Shown: positions 24,846-36,199 of the stretch, piece after piece
Position numbering within the stretch: the first letter of the stretch is position 1
How the letters are laid out: every line of letters starts with the position of its first letter
Source of the DNA: Octopus sinensis
Lineage: Eukaryota
Direction of reading: 5' to 3'
DNA: 64,000 nucleotides
Assembly (NCBI RefSeq): GCF_006345805.1
Contig: NC_043010.1
Span: 34,534,001 to 34,598,000 of the forward strand
Translations under genes and position numbers: made by a program
The notes under the pieces: model-generated
Told to the model about the DNA's origin: nothing
What the model saw: the letters and a program-made list of their open reading frames with translations, nothing else
Database searches by the model: none

Positions 24846-25761
24846 AGTATCAACTCAATCTTCTGAAAATTTGGCACTCAAATAACATTGGTGACACCCT
24901 GAGTGTTGATAAATGTGTTATTGATAATTTTATTAAACACAAGTGTGATGAATAAAGAAAGGTAAGCAATTTATTGTTTTCTTAAAATTTTTTCTTTTTG
25001 ACTTCTAGTGCACCCCAAGGTTAAGAAAAAATCGACGACTACAACAGTAGACTGTTCATAGTAGTAACTAGTAACTGAAGTCTGTCTCTTCATTATCATC
25101 ATCATCATCATCATTATTTAACATTCTCCTTCCATGCTGGCATGGGTTGGACAGCTTGATAAAAGCCAGCAAGTCATAAGACTGCACCAAGCTCTACCGC
25201 ATGGTCCTCTATGGCTGGATGCCATGGGCCGTGTGAAACATTTGGAATTTTCTTCAGAGCACAATGTATAGCCTTAAAATTGGAAGGATATGTTAGATGT
25301 TGTGGTCTTAGACATAGTATGCCTGAAAATAAGTCGGGCATAGTTACAGCTGGAACACTTTTGATAATAGGTCTGCTCAACTTGTGCTGATACAGTATGT
25401 TGCAAATTTGTTGGTGATTGGTTCATGATAATGTAAGTAGCTAGAAATTTTGTGTTCCTTTTATGGAGCGAAAAATGTTACAGTCAAAAAGATATCTGTG
25501 GTTATATGTGAGAGAGAGAGGGAGGGAGAGAGAGAGAAGGATTGAGAGAGAGAGAAGCTTGAGAATATATTGTTCTTTGAATTACAATTTTGATTATTTT
25601 ACACATAATATAAAATATATCATTGTTGTTTATAGCCAGGTCATACCTAATTGGTTAGATCAGATGTAAATATCCCATATTTTTTTTACATCTATGTTTA
25701 TCATTGCCATCATCATCATCGTCGCCTTCACCTTCATCACCATCATCATCATCATCGCCAT

Positions 25762-25825
<64 letters not shown>

Positions 25826-25876
25826 TCATCATCATCATCATCATTTAATGTCTGTTTTCCATGCTGGCATGGGTTG

Positions 25877-25933
25877 GACAATTTGACTGATAACTGGTAA
25901 GCCGGGGGTGTACCAGTTATCAGTCAAATTGTC
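25877..25933. repeat. Perfect 23-bp inverted repeat with an 11-nt loop
   Basis: gacaatttgactgataactggta-agccgggggtg-taccagttatcagtcaaattgtc. Confidence 0.97.
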
Positions 25934-25959
25934 ATATATATATATATATATATATATCA

Positions 25960-26909
25960 TCATCATCATCATCATCATTTAACGTCCGCTTTCCATGCTA
26001 GCATGGGTTGGACGGTTCAACTGGGGTCTGGGGAGCCCGAAAGCTGCACCAGTCCAGTCAGATCTGGCAGTGTTTCTACAGCTGGATGCCCTTCCTAACG
26101 CCAACCACTCCGAGAGTGTAGTGGGTGATTTTATGTGCCACCGACACAGGTGCCAGACGAGGCTGACAAACGGCCACGCTCGGATGGTGTTTTTATGTGC
26201 CACCGACACAGGTGCCAGACGAGGCTGGCAGACGGCCACGCTCGGATGGTGTTTTTATGTGCCACCGACACAGGTGCCAGACGAGGCTGGCAGACGGCCA
26301 CGCTCGGATGGTGTTTTTATGTGCCACCGACACAGGTGCCAGACGAGGCTGGCAGACGGCCACGCTCGGATGGTGTTTTTATGTGCCACCGACACAGGTG
26401 CCAGATGAGGCTGGCAAACGGCCATGATCGGATGGTGCTTGTTACGTGCCCACAGCACGGAGGCCAGTCGATGCGGTACTGGCTACGGCCACGTTCGGAT
26501 GGTTTTCTTATGTGCCACGTGCCACCGGCACTGGTACCACAAAGATACAAATTCCATTGATGTTCATCTATTTTGATTTGTTTTGATTTGATTTTGATTT
26601 TCACTTGCCTCAACAGGTCTTCACAAGTGTCACAAGAAGGAAGGTATGCACAGGTGGACTGACTACGTCCCAGGTAGGGGCCATGGGCTATGGCCTGACT
26701 AGTCTTGCCGGGTCTTCGGATGGTGTTTTTATGTGCCACCGACACAGGTGCTAGATGAGGCTGGCAAACGGCCACGATCGGATGGTGTTTGTCATGTGCC
26801 CACCGCACTGACTACGGCACTGATGGATTTCTTGTGTGCCACAGGCACTGGTACCACAAGATACAAATTCCATTGATGTTCATCTATTTTGTCTATTTTG
26901 ATTTGATTG

Positions 26910-26910
<1 letters not shown>
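25960..26910 (-). mobile_element. Young family D element with an internal 61-bp tandem array and a partial internal duplication
   Basis: About five near-identical 61-bp units at 26129-26435, a second block at 26720-26910; CpG-rich. Confidence 0.9.
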
Positions 26911-26942
<32 letters not shown>

Positions 26943-27118
26943 TACTTTGTGTATTTTATATGTATAATTTTGTTTGTTTTTGGTCTTACAGTGAAAACCA
27001 CACACAGGCCACACAGGTGTGTGTTGACCACATAAAAGTGACATAGTGCTTGCTGATGATACAAACCGTAGGAAATCTTATGCTCATCAAACTAAAGTCA
27101 CAGAATTATAATAATGTC

Positions 27119-27530
27119 TCAAAGGTCAAACTCCACTGACCACTCAAATGCTTAAGAACAAATAAACCCAAAGGTCATGGATACCGAATGATAGCTACCC
27201 AGATTAACATGAAGATTTTTTTCTCCAAGGTTTACCAACACCTTAAATATTATATCTTATGAGATTTAAGCTGACTCCATACACATCATATAGACAATGT
27301 AAAGGTCATACTGAATCTATGAAGGTCACGGTGACCTCAAGGATGTTGCTTTTTGAGATCAAGGCGATGATAATAATGAATATTAATGGGATTTATAGTG
27401 AGTCTATGAAGGTAATACTGACTCTGTAAAGGTCATACTGATCTCATGAAGGTCAACCTGACTACATAAATATATTGTCTCCATGAAGGCAGTCCATCAT
27501 ACATACATCAAACTCTCAATGTGAAGGTCA
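27119..27530 (+). repeat. Degenerate 20-bp minisatellite rich in AGGTCA, containing a perfect AGGTCAnnnTGACCT
   Basis: AGGTCA at 27123, 27172, 27303, 27323, 27430, 27450 and 27525; TGACCT at 27332. Confidence 0.8.
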
Positions 27531-27610
27531 TAGTAATTCCATAAATCCAATAAACATGTACATGTGAAAATGAGTCTCATTTTTTTTTTGCTATGGAAGC
27601 TGTATGAAAG

Positions 27611-27942
27611 CCATACTGGTCCCATGACTTTAGGAAACATTTTTTCATGCTAAGAGTTATTGAAGCATGGAACAAACTGCTGGCATCAGTTGTTAGTTGT
27701 CGGAGCACTGCATCCTTCAAAACTTCCATGCTTCCTGAGATTCGCCAACACTACACCTGATTTTCTCCCCCCCATACACACGCAAGCATGTCTCTGACTC
27801 ATACACTGTTTACTTTCCAGACATTTGTACATTACTGCATATGTTTTATACGCACTTTTGACAAGTTGTGGTGCACCTGAGCACTGTATACAATAATTTC
27901 ATTATTATTATTATAATTATTATTATTATTATTATTATTATT
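27611..27942 (+). mobile_element. CR1-type LINE 3' end with (ATT)n tail
   Basis: Homologous to 62170-62385 (ORF end plus 3' UTR). Confidence 0.85.
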
Positions 27943-28500
27943 GAGTGAGAGAGCAGTGCATGCCATCAAAATGACACTGGAGTAAAATATAGGAAGCCCA
28001 GTATACCCATCATGACTACCCGTCTGATAAGGGTACACTAGGCACATGCACCACAACCATATGTGCGCGACATGGTGATCTCATATCAAGATAAGCAGCA
28101 GATGACCTTGCAGGTGGGGCCCACTTAGAATTTTCTTCAGGTCGAGTAACCTATCCTGCTCAAAAGGTCCCTGAATAAGGGTTGTTTAAGGATGTTGAAT
28201 GAAACACCCATGTTTCCAGAGGTGAATTATTCAAACCCCAAAGAATCCCTCTCAACACATGGCTATGATGCTCCCCCACTACTTCTGCTCGTGATCAGAG
28301 ATGCACATATCGTCAGCCACTAAGGGACATGTTCAACTGGTTAAGTTCAAACAACTGACAAGCAAATCTGTGGTATTGAGCAGAATATTTGCTGTAGCCC
28401 ATCTTTTATACCAAGACAAAACAATGTACATGATAACACTTCTAATCAGTTAAGATCAGAAGCCATGAAAGCCACTGTCTGGTATTGCATCAGGGCATTT
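27943..28500 (-). mobile_element. Unclassified ~560-bp interspersed element embedded in (ATT)n tracts
   Basis: Sharp compositional boundaries, (ATT)n on both sides; minus strand starts near TG, ends CA and contains tataaaag. Only one copy in the window. Confidence 0.45.
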
Positions 28501-28525
28501 ATTATTATTATTATTATTATTATTA

Positions 28526-28558
<33 letters not shown>

Positions 28559-29244
28559 GCAGTTACAGTGGCCACTGGTTTTACTTTGACTTTCATATAG
28601 TCTGTATGATTTCTGTAGTGCGTGATATACAACCTTACTTGACTCACATAAAACACATTCACTTACTATTCCATGATTGTATTGTTAACAGTAGAAGGGC
28701 ATCTATCCAGAAATAAAAGCAACTGATCTGACCACAAACCATCCCACCCATGCAAGAATAGATACTAAGTTGTGGCTCCACCATGCACAAATACACATGT
28801 GTAGTATACACATGCTTACACACATGAGCACACCACAATCTATACACAATTACTATAACATGGAACCTATGATAAATAAATGGACAATAAGAATGCTACT
28901 ACATAGTTGCTGAACTTGCTAGATATAGCAGTCAAATCTCCTTAAAAGTACATTCTATTGTCCTAAAAAATTAAGGGCACATTGGATATTGTTGTCTTAG
29001 ATATGCATTACTCTCAGAAAGGATGAGAGTCATATCTGGAAAGCTTTTGTCCATAGCTCTACTCAACCAAGACTGACCTGAAGTTATACAACAACAACAG
29101 TGATGGAGATAACAATAACAAGAACAGTATGATCAACAAAAATATGGCAAGAAGTTCATGTAAATATCTAAATTAGAATTTAAAAAGAAATGGATGAAAA
29201 TCATCAGACAAGTAAAAATGTCAATAATATTGACAACAATAAAA

Positions 29245-29394
29245 TACAGTATTTACATTATTTACATTTGATGGATATTTGTCCTTATCTTGTTTGTTGT
29301 TAACACAATGTTTTGGCTGATATACTCTCCAGCCTTCATCAGGTGCTTTGGGGAAATTTTGAACCTGGGTTCTCATTCCTAAGGTATTTTTTGA

Positions 29395-29429
<35 letters not shown>

Positions 29430-29735
29430 TATTATTATTATTATTATTCAGGTCACTGCCTGGAATTGAACTCAGAATCTTGGGGTTAAGAGCACGAGCT
29501 CCTAACCCCAAGATTCCGAGTTTGATTTCAGGCAGTGACTTGAATGATAATAATAATAATGATAATAACATCGAAAAATACCTTAGGAATGAGAACCCAC
29601 GTTCGAAATTTCCCCAAGACACCCGATGAATGCTGGAGAGTATATCAGCCGAAACAAGATGAGGACAAATATCTGTCAAATGTAAATAATGTAAATAATG
29701 TACATAATTCCTCATCTCTTACATATAGAACTGTA
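29245..29735. mobile_element. Head-to-head inverted dimer of family P1 (tRNA-like head, (AAT)n linker, hammerhead-like tail)
   Basis: Arms pair to a 4-nt loop at 29494-29497. B-box-like gagttcaattcc / gagtttgatttc; hammerhead-like motifs at 29302-29347 (-) and 29618-29655 (+). Confidence 0.85.
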
Positions 29736-29885
29736 TTACTCATTTTAATTCCAGCTGAGTAGACAGAAACAATGTGAAATGAAGCATTTTGCTTAAGAAC
29801 ACAACAAGCTACCTGGCCCAGGAATTGAAACCACAATGATCTTTTGCTCATAAGTCTGACACCTTGACTACGAGGCCACATGCCT
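29736..29885 (-). mobile_element. SINE core C, head and core only
   Basis: Homologous to 15460-15603. Confidence 0.8.
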
Positions 29886-30849
29886 CTCAGAAATAGTAGG
29901 CAGTGAAATGGATGGATGGAGGAAAGGGAGAAGAAAATTAACAGTGTTATAGTAATAATTTCATTAATCCAATGTTTCCGAAGTTGACTTCACCTTTCAT
30001 TTTTTCAGGGTTGATAAATTAAGCACCAATGAAACGCTAGGGGTTTATGCAAGCAACTAGTACCCTCCCCAAATTTTCAGGCCTTGTGCCTTTAGTAGAA
30101 AGGATTATTCCAATGTTTACCAATTACAGAAATCAACAGGAGATGCTAAAAGTGAAAGTGTTTTCATTTCTTGGAAACTGAAGTAAAACTGTTTGAATTA
30201 GAGAGCTGGTGAAAAAAAGAGCAAATGCGTTTCTTTAAAATCGATAAAAATACTTGGAAACAAATAAAAGGAAGGTAAAAAGCAATGTTTGTGTGTGTGA
30301 GTCTGTGTCTGTGAATGTGTGTGTGCGTGTGTATGTGCAGTGTGTGGTATGTGTGTTTGTGTGTGGTATTTGTGTTTGTGTGTGTGCATGACTATGCATG
30401 CATGCATATGTGTAGGTGTGTGTGTGTGAGAGAGAGAGAGAAATGTGTGTGCATATGAGTGAGAGAGAGAGAGAGAGAAGTGTGTGTGTGCATATGAGTG
30501 AGAGAGAGAGAGAGAGAAAAGTGTGTGCACGTAGAGGGAGAGAGAAAATGTGTCTGTGGGAGAGAGGAGAATGTGAGAAAGAGAAATTGTTTAGGAGAGT
30601 GAGAAAGAGAGAGCGAGAGAAAGAAACTCTGTGTGTGCGTGTGTGTGTGTGTGTAAAAGGAAAGAGATATCAAGGATGACAGGAAAAAAATTAACACACA
30701 ATATTAGGGAGAAAAGAGGGTTAATATCTAAAAGCAGGTCAAAAATAAGAAAAATAATATATAATAACCAACCATGGAATGAAGAAAGAGTAGATATCCC
30801 AGAAAAGTTGGTAGACATTGTGTTGCATGAACAGAGTATATGTTGTAGA

Positions 30850-31290
30850 CTAAGCCAGATTGTAGACACACCAGCAGCAAGATAAGCACAAAATGCTCAA
30901 AGTTACAGACTTAGACAATCATAAAAGACACTTAAGGAAATCATATGGAGAGGGAGAGAGAGAAGAGGAGGAGAGAGAGAAGTGAAAAGTTTAAAGACAG
31001 CTATTAATGAAGGAAGTGAGAGAACCAGTGCAGATGCAAGACAGAGGAAAGCAACTTCAGTATAAAACGGAACTGAAGAAGAAAGAGAAAGAGCAGAAGA
31101 ACTTATGTAAAGAATGGCAGTACACTTTGCTAATGAGATGCAAGAGAAAAGATATCAAAGAATTAAGGACCTAAAACAAAATGTGGCGGCAACGTTAGAA
31201 AATGTAACAAAAGAGCAGAAGGAGGAATGGTAAGCAAATGAAAGATTAAGAGCTGTTGAGAGAATACAAAATAAAATGGAAGGTAATAGA
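30850..31290 (+). pseudogene. Decayed 22-23-aa charged repeat (STPR-like), probably a Helitron N-terminus
   Basis: Frame from 30991 reads ...N GTEEERERAEELM*RMAVHFAN EMQEKRYQRIKDLKQNVAATLEN VTKEQKEEW*ANERLRAVERIQN, with three stops. Confidence 0.5.
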
Positions 31291-31599
31291 TATATCTGGA
31301 GATGTCACGATGCTGAGAATATGAGGCTAGCATGACATGGCTGTCAGCATTCAGCATGAGATTATAAGCAATGAAGATGGTTTAGATATAAATATCATTG
31401 AAATACCACAAAAAGTGGGGTCAAATTGAGATATCTTATTGACCAGCAGTCTCCAACCTTCTTTTGCAGCACGGACTAGTTTCATGAAAGACAGTTTTTC
31501 TATGGACAGCGGGGATCATGTGCATAATGAAACACATTAAGGTGCATAATATATAATTTAATTGGCTTGGCTCTCCATCAGTTATGATGATGAGTGTTC

Positions 31600-31882
31600 C
31601 TGTTGATTTGATGTGACTAGTGGAAAAACCTGCTCATGAAATTAACATGCAAGTGGCTGAGCACTCTACAGACAAGTACTCTAAGCATAACTACAGGCAG
31701 ATTCAGCATGACACAGAGTATGACAAGGCTGGTTCTTTGAATTACAGGTATAACTCATTTTTGCCAGCTGAGTGGACTGGAGCAACATTAAATAGAATAT
31801 CTTTCTCAAGGACACAATGTGCCATTGGAAGTTGAAATCATGACCTCACAAATAACCTAACAACTAAGCCATGCACCTTCAT
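31600..31882 (-). mobile_element. SINE core C + tail 2 (nested)
   Basis: Core ctcatttttgccagctgagtggactggagc joined to the tail seen at 55770-55940. Confidence 0.75.
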
Positions 31883-31958
31883 GTTTAATAAAGTAATTAT
31901 TACAAATGTCATATATATTACAAATATAATGCAAAAACTCCCTGCAGTCGATATAATA

Positions 31959-32365
31959 CTCTTACTCTTTTCTCTTTTACTTGTTTCAGTCATTTGACTG
32001 TGGCTATGCTGGAGCACCGCCTTTAGTCAAGCAAATCGACCCCAGGATTTATTCTTTGTAAGCCTAGTACTTATTCTATCGGTCTCTTTTGCTGAACTGA
32101 TAAGTTACGGGGATGTAAACACACCAGCATCGGTTGTCAAGTGATGTTGGGGGGACAAACAACCAAACATACACACACAAACACACACATATATATATAT
32201 ACATATATACGACAGGCTTCTTTCAGTTTCCGTCTACCAAATCCACTCACAAGGCTTTGGTCGGCCCAAGGCTATAGTAGAAGATACTTGCCCAAGGTGC
32301 CATGAAGTGGGACTGAACCTGGAACCATGTGGTTTGTAAGCAAACTACTTGCTACACAGCCACTC
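31959..32365 (-). mobile_element. SINE family A, full length (nested)
   Basis: Reverse complement of family A. Confidence 0.92.
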
Positions 32366-32519
32366 TTATGCCTATATAATGGAAATAAAATTTCCAAATT
32401 TATTCTTTCTGCATGGCCTGGTACCCAATGGTTCATGACCTGGTACTGATCTGCAGCTCAGTAATTGAGGACACTGTTACAGACTATATATAGGAATTTG
32501 TTGACCCTGATAAATAACA

Positions 32520-32645
32520 AGAATTGCATCAAATGTGTTTGTAAGAAAGTGAAGTTTACTTCACAAGCAAAGATATTCTGCAACTGAATAATGAAGTTCT
32601 GAATCTTTTCCCAGGTGAAAGTACAGAGTACAAGAGTGCAGAGTG
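32520..32645 (+). pseudogene. Helitron PIF1-like helicase remnant
   Basis: 32563-32643 reads TSKDILQLNNEVLNLFPGESTEYKSAE, resembling the N..IL..LPGE...Y.S.D segment of Helitron helicases. Confidence 0.55.
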
Positions 32646-34179
32646 GTTCATCCCAAACTTCACACACCTGACATATGCACCACCAGTCGTACAGTTTCAT
32701 AATTTGAGAAAATATTTAATTCTGTATCTTTGACATGGTTTTGAGGATATTTCAATATCATGAGTGCTGAATGATAAAGTTTAACTATGAAATATTGTTA
32801 AAAATGCAAAAAAAAATATGTTTCCTTGTAATTAAACATTGAGAGCAATAGCATATGTGACATCACTGGTAAGTTCCAGTGACTAGTCATCGCAGTTAAC
32901 ATTTTAACCTTCAGAGTTTTCCTATCAACTTACTCTTTTGGGATTATTGCTTCATGAATTAAAACTGAAAGTTGGTTCCATCATGATTCTCATGAATAAC
33001 TTCAGAAAAGTCTCTTAAAGAAAAGTCCACTGAATGGCACTAGATATATTGTCTGAGGTTCAGCAATCCACTGCATCATTGCAAATATAATTGCTGTTGT
33101 TCTTCATTCATTATATTCACCCTTTCATGTATTACCCATCTCTAATCAGCCCTCGTCCTTCACACACACTTATGCAACCACTAACAGTCTACTCTCTGTC
33201 CTCACTCACTTCTATGCACCTATTAAACTAAGGCTTCACCCTGACATCACCATCGCTATTTTATCTCCCTTTCCAGCTCCACCTCAGTTACTTCCTTCCT
33301 TTCTCTTCTGTAATGTGTGTGGCCATGTATCTTCTCTACAGCAAAAAACCTGTTCAGTTCTGACTCCTTCTTTCATACTTTAACCTTTCACCTCCTAGCA
33401 TAGAGCCACCTCCCTCTCTTCTTTAGCTCTACTTAGTTGGAAGGGCTCTTAGACTTGCAAACTGCATGAAAATCTCACTAGTTCTTGTGCCATGAACAAA
33501 GTGTCCAGTACATTCTGTAAAGTAGTTGGCATTTGGAAAGGTAACAAGCTGTAGAAACCACACCAAAGCGGGCATTGGAGCATGATGCAACCCTTGGAAC
33601 CTGCCGGATTCTGTCAAGCCATCCAACCTACACCAGCATGGTAGAGAGATGTTAAAAAAGGATGACGGTGATGATGATGGTGATGACGACGACAGAGATG
33701 ATGAATGGATTTAGCCTAACTAGTGCAACTCAATTCTTTACAAAGGGAATTCTCCATCTGTTATGATCATTAGCAAGTCTTCTGGTCAGTCATCCAATGC
33801 AGTTAGAGTATGTTTGCCAAGGCTTGTATTTTAGTAATTACCAACTGTATGTGTGGTTTTTAAGTAGAACTAAAAATAGTAGGAACTTAAAGTTACTAAT
33901 TAATTAATATAGAATGTCAACATGTTTTATACCTCTTAGAATGAGTTAAAAACAAGTTGCTCTCAGAGAGAACTTTCAAATTAAATGCATGTTTAATTCG
34001 TACCTGTTAAGGTTCACTTATAGTATTCTGCGACTTATATTCAGAGAATGTTGTAAATATTCAGGGAATTTTTAAATTTGTAATCATATTATTAGTATGT
34101 TGTAATTATTATTGTAAATCATGGCCTGTGTCATATTGTGAGATGATGTAACCATTGCAGTAAATTTCATCCTATATTA

Positions 34180-34247
34180 CATCGTCATCATCATCATCGT
34201 TGTCGTTGTCATCGTCGTCATCATCATCACCATCATCATTGTCGTCG

Positions 34248-34292
<45 letters not shown>

Positions 34293-34315
34293 CCATTATC
34301 ATCATCATCATTGCT
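34180..34315. repeat. (CAT)n microsatellite
   Basis: Direct reading. Confidence 0.95.
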
Positions 34316-34624
34316 GTCTCACTGCCACTGCCACCACCACTACTACCACTTTTATCATCACTTTTGTCATTGTTTTAACATTCACATTTTTCCATGCTTG
34401 CATGGGTCAGATGGAATTCATTGAGGCAGATTTTCAGTGACTGAATGCCCTTTCCTCTCAACAACCCTCACTTGTTTCCAAGCAAGATAATATCTTACCA
34501 TGGCTGGACATGTTTTCAAGGAATATTGAAAATGACGGCCACTACTTAGCATGATGGTGACATTTGTTCTGCATCTACCATGCAATATCAAGACAAAGAA
34601 ACACAAACACACACACTTATGAAC

Positions 34625-35295
34625 TCATACAAACAATATAATGAACTTCTTTCAGTTTCCATCCACTAAATCCACTTACAGAACTTTGGCTGGTCTGAGG
34701 CTATAGTAGAAGACACTTGCTCAAAGTGCCACACAGTAGGACTGAACCCAGAACCATGTAATGATATGCATAAGATCTGGTCATCAAATCTAAGTAGAGA
34801 TTTCAAACTTAAAATCTTCAAAGCCACAGTCAAACCAATTCTACTATATGGCTCAGAAACCTGGATGTTATCAAAGAAGCTTGAGAGGCTGTTGGATGGA
34901 ACTTACACTCGCCTCCTTATGCGATCTCAAAATCTCTCGTGCAAACAGCATCCAACCAAAGTACAAATATATGGGAAATTACCACCTGTATCATCTCTTG
35001 TGAAAGGTAGAAGAGTCCAGTTTGCTGGACATTGTTGTAGAGCTGAAAACGAGGTAATTTCTACTCTTCTCCTCTGGAAGCCATCTGCTCGCGATACCAG
35101 AGGGCGCACACTCTCCTACCCTGATGTAATCTCCAGGGATACAGGCATCCAGCAACAGGACCTCCGTAATGCTATGATGGACCGTGAAGTCTGGTGTAAC
35201 ATAGTAAATTCCATTGTCTCGACCACGGTCGAACAATGATGATGAGAACCATGTGATTGGGAAGTAAACTTATTAAGCACATAGGCATGCTTGCA
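34625..35295 (-). mobile_element. SINE family A 5' part, split by an RTE insertion
   Basis: SINE sequence at 34625-34759 resumes at 35255 after the duplicated agaaccatgt. Confidence 0.8.
34760..35244 (+). mobile_element. 5'-truncated RTE-clade LINE (RT C-terminus, ORF 34766-35239)
   Basis: KLKIFKATVKPILLYGSETW...RRVQFAGHC motifs; (GAT)n tail; 10-bp TSD agaaccatgt at 34750-59 and 35245-54. Confidence 0.92.
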
Positions 35296-35720
35296 CCTAT
35301 TGTAAAATAGCATGAAATTTAGATATTGCTGTAAATCAAAACTCTGTAAAAATTACGAAACGTGAATTATGCTTTAAAATGTAGCTGGGTCATATTGTAA
35401 AATGTATAACTGCATATTGCAATCCATATAATAAAGTGAAACGTAAATATTGTCGCATGTTATAACTTGTAACATAATACTATGGAGTGTAAATATGATT
35501 TTTTTTTAAAAGCAAGCTGTGCTATATTATGAAACATAAAATGTTGTTGAAAAGTGTAATCCTCACCATTTCGTATAATGTTCTAAATGTTGTTATTCTT
35601 TCTCTGATGCTTTCTTCTAGTTTTCATTTTGCGATTCTCCATCTATCTTACTTTCTGCCTTTCTCTTTTCTCTCTATCTCACACTATCCTTCTTCACATT
35701 CAATCACCTCCTTTCCAGTA

Positions 35721-35755
<35 letters not shown>

Positions 35756-36199
35756 GCAGCATTTTATTATGCTCAAAAGTTATAAATGAAAAGCATTAAT
35801 ATATAAACATATTATCCAACAGTGTATTATTATTATTATTATATTGAATTACAAATATTGTCGTAAACTGCAGCTTTTCAAATCTGCATAAATTTTGGAG
35901 CTTTCTAAATAAATCATTGATTATCAAAGGAGGACTGATAATTCAATTCATTACCTTATACTACCATAAAAATTTTAAATATAACATTAATTGCGATAAG
36001 ATATATAAAGGTGAAAAAAAAAACATGTAAACAATTACTCTTTCAATGCAACGTAATAACAAGGACTTAACAAAATATCAATACCTTTTGTATAATCCAT
36101 TATTTTTGATGGTACAGGTACACTGGTTATTCATAAGCTGTGTGCTGATGAATTTACAAAATTAAAGATCTCGTTATTTTGCTTTTTTCTGCACAATCT

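Larger units (their letters stand above)
31444..32476. mobile_element. hAT (Charlie/MER1-like) non-autonomous element with nested SINEs
   Basis: Ends cagcagtctccaacc / aattgaggacactg; flanks ttattgac / ttacagac (6 of 8 match). Confidence 0.55.

Noticed and set aside
26129-26435. Regular 61-bp repeats as a CRISPR array
   Set aside because: Units are contiguous with no unique spacers, there are no cas genes, and the array is internal to a eukaryotic retroposon.
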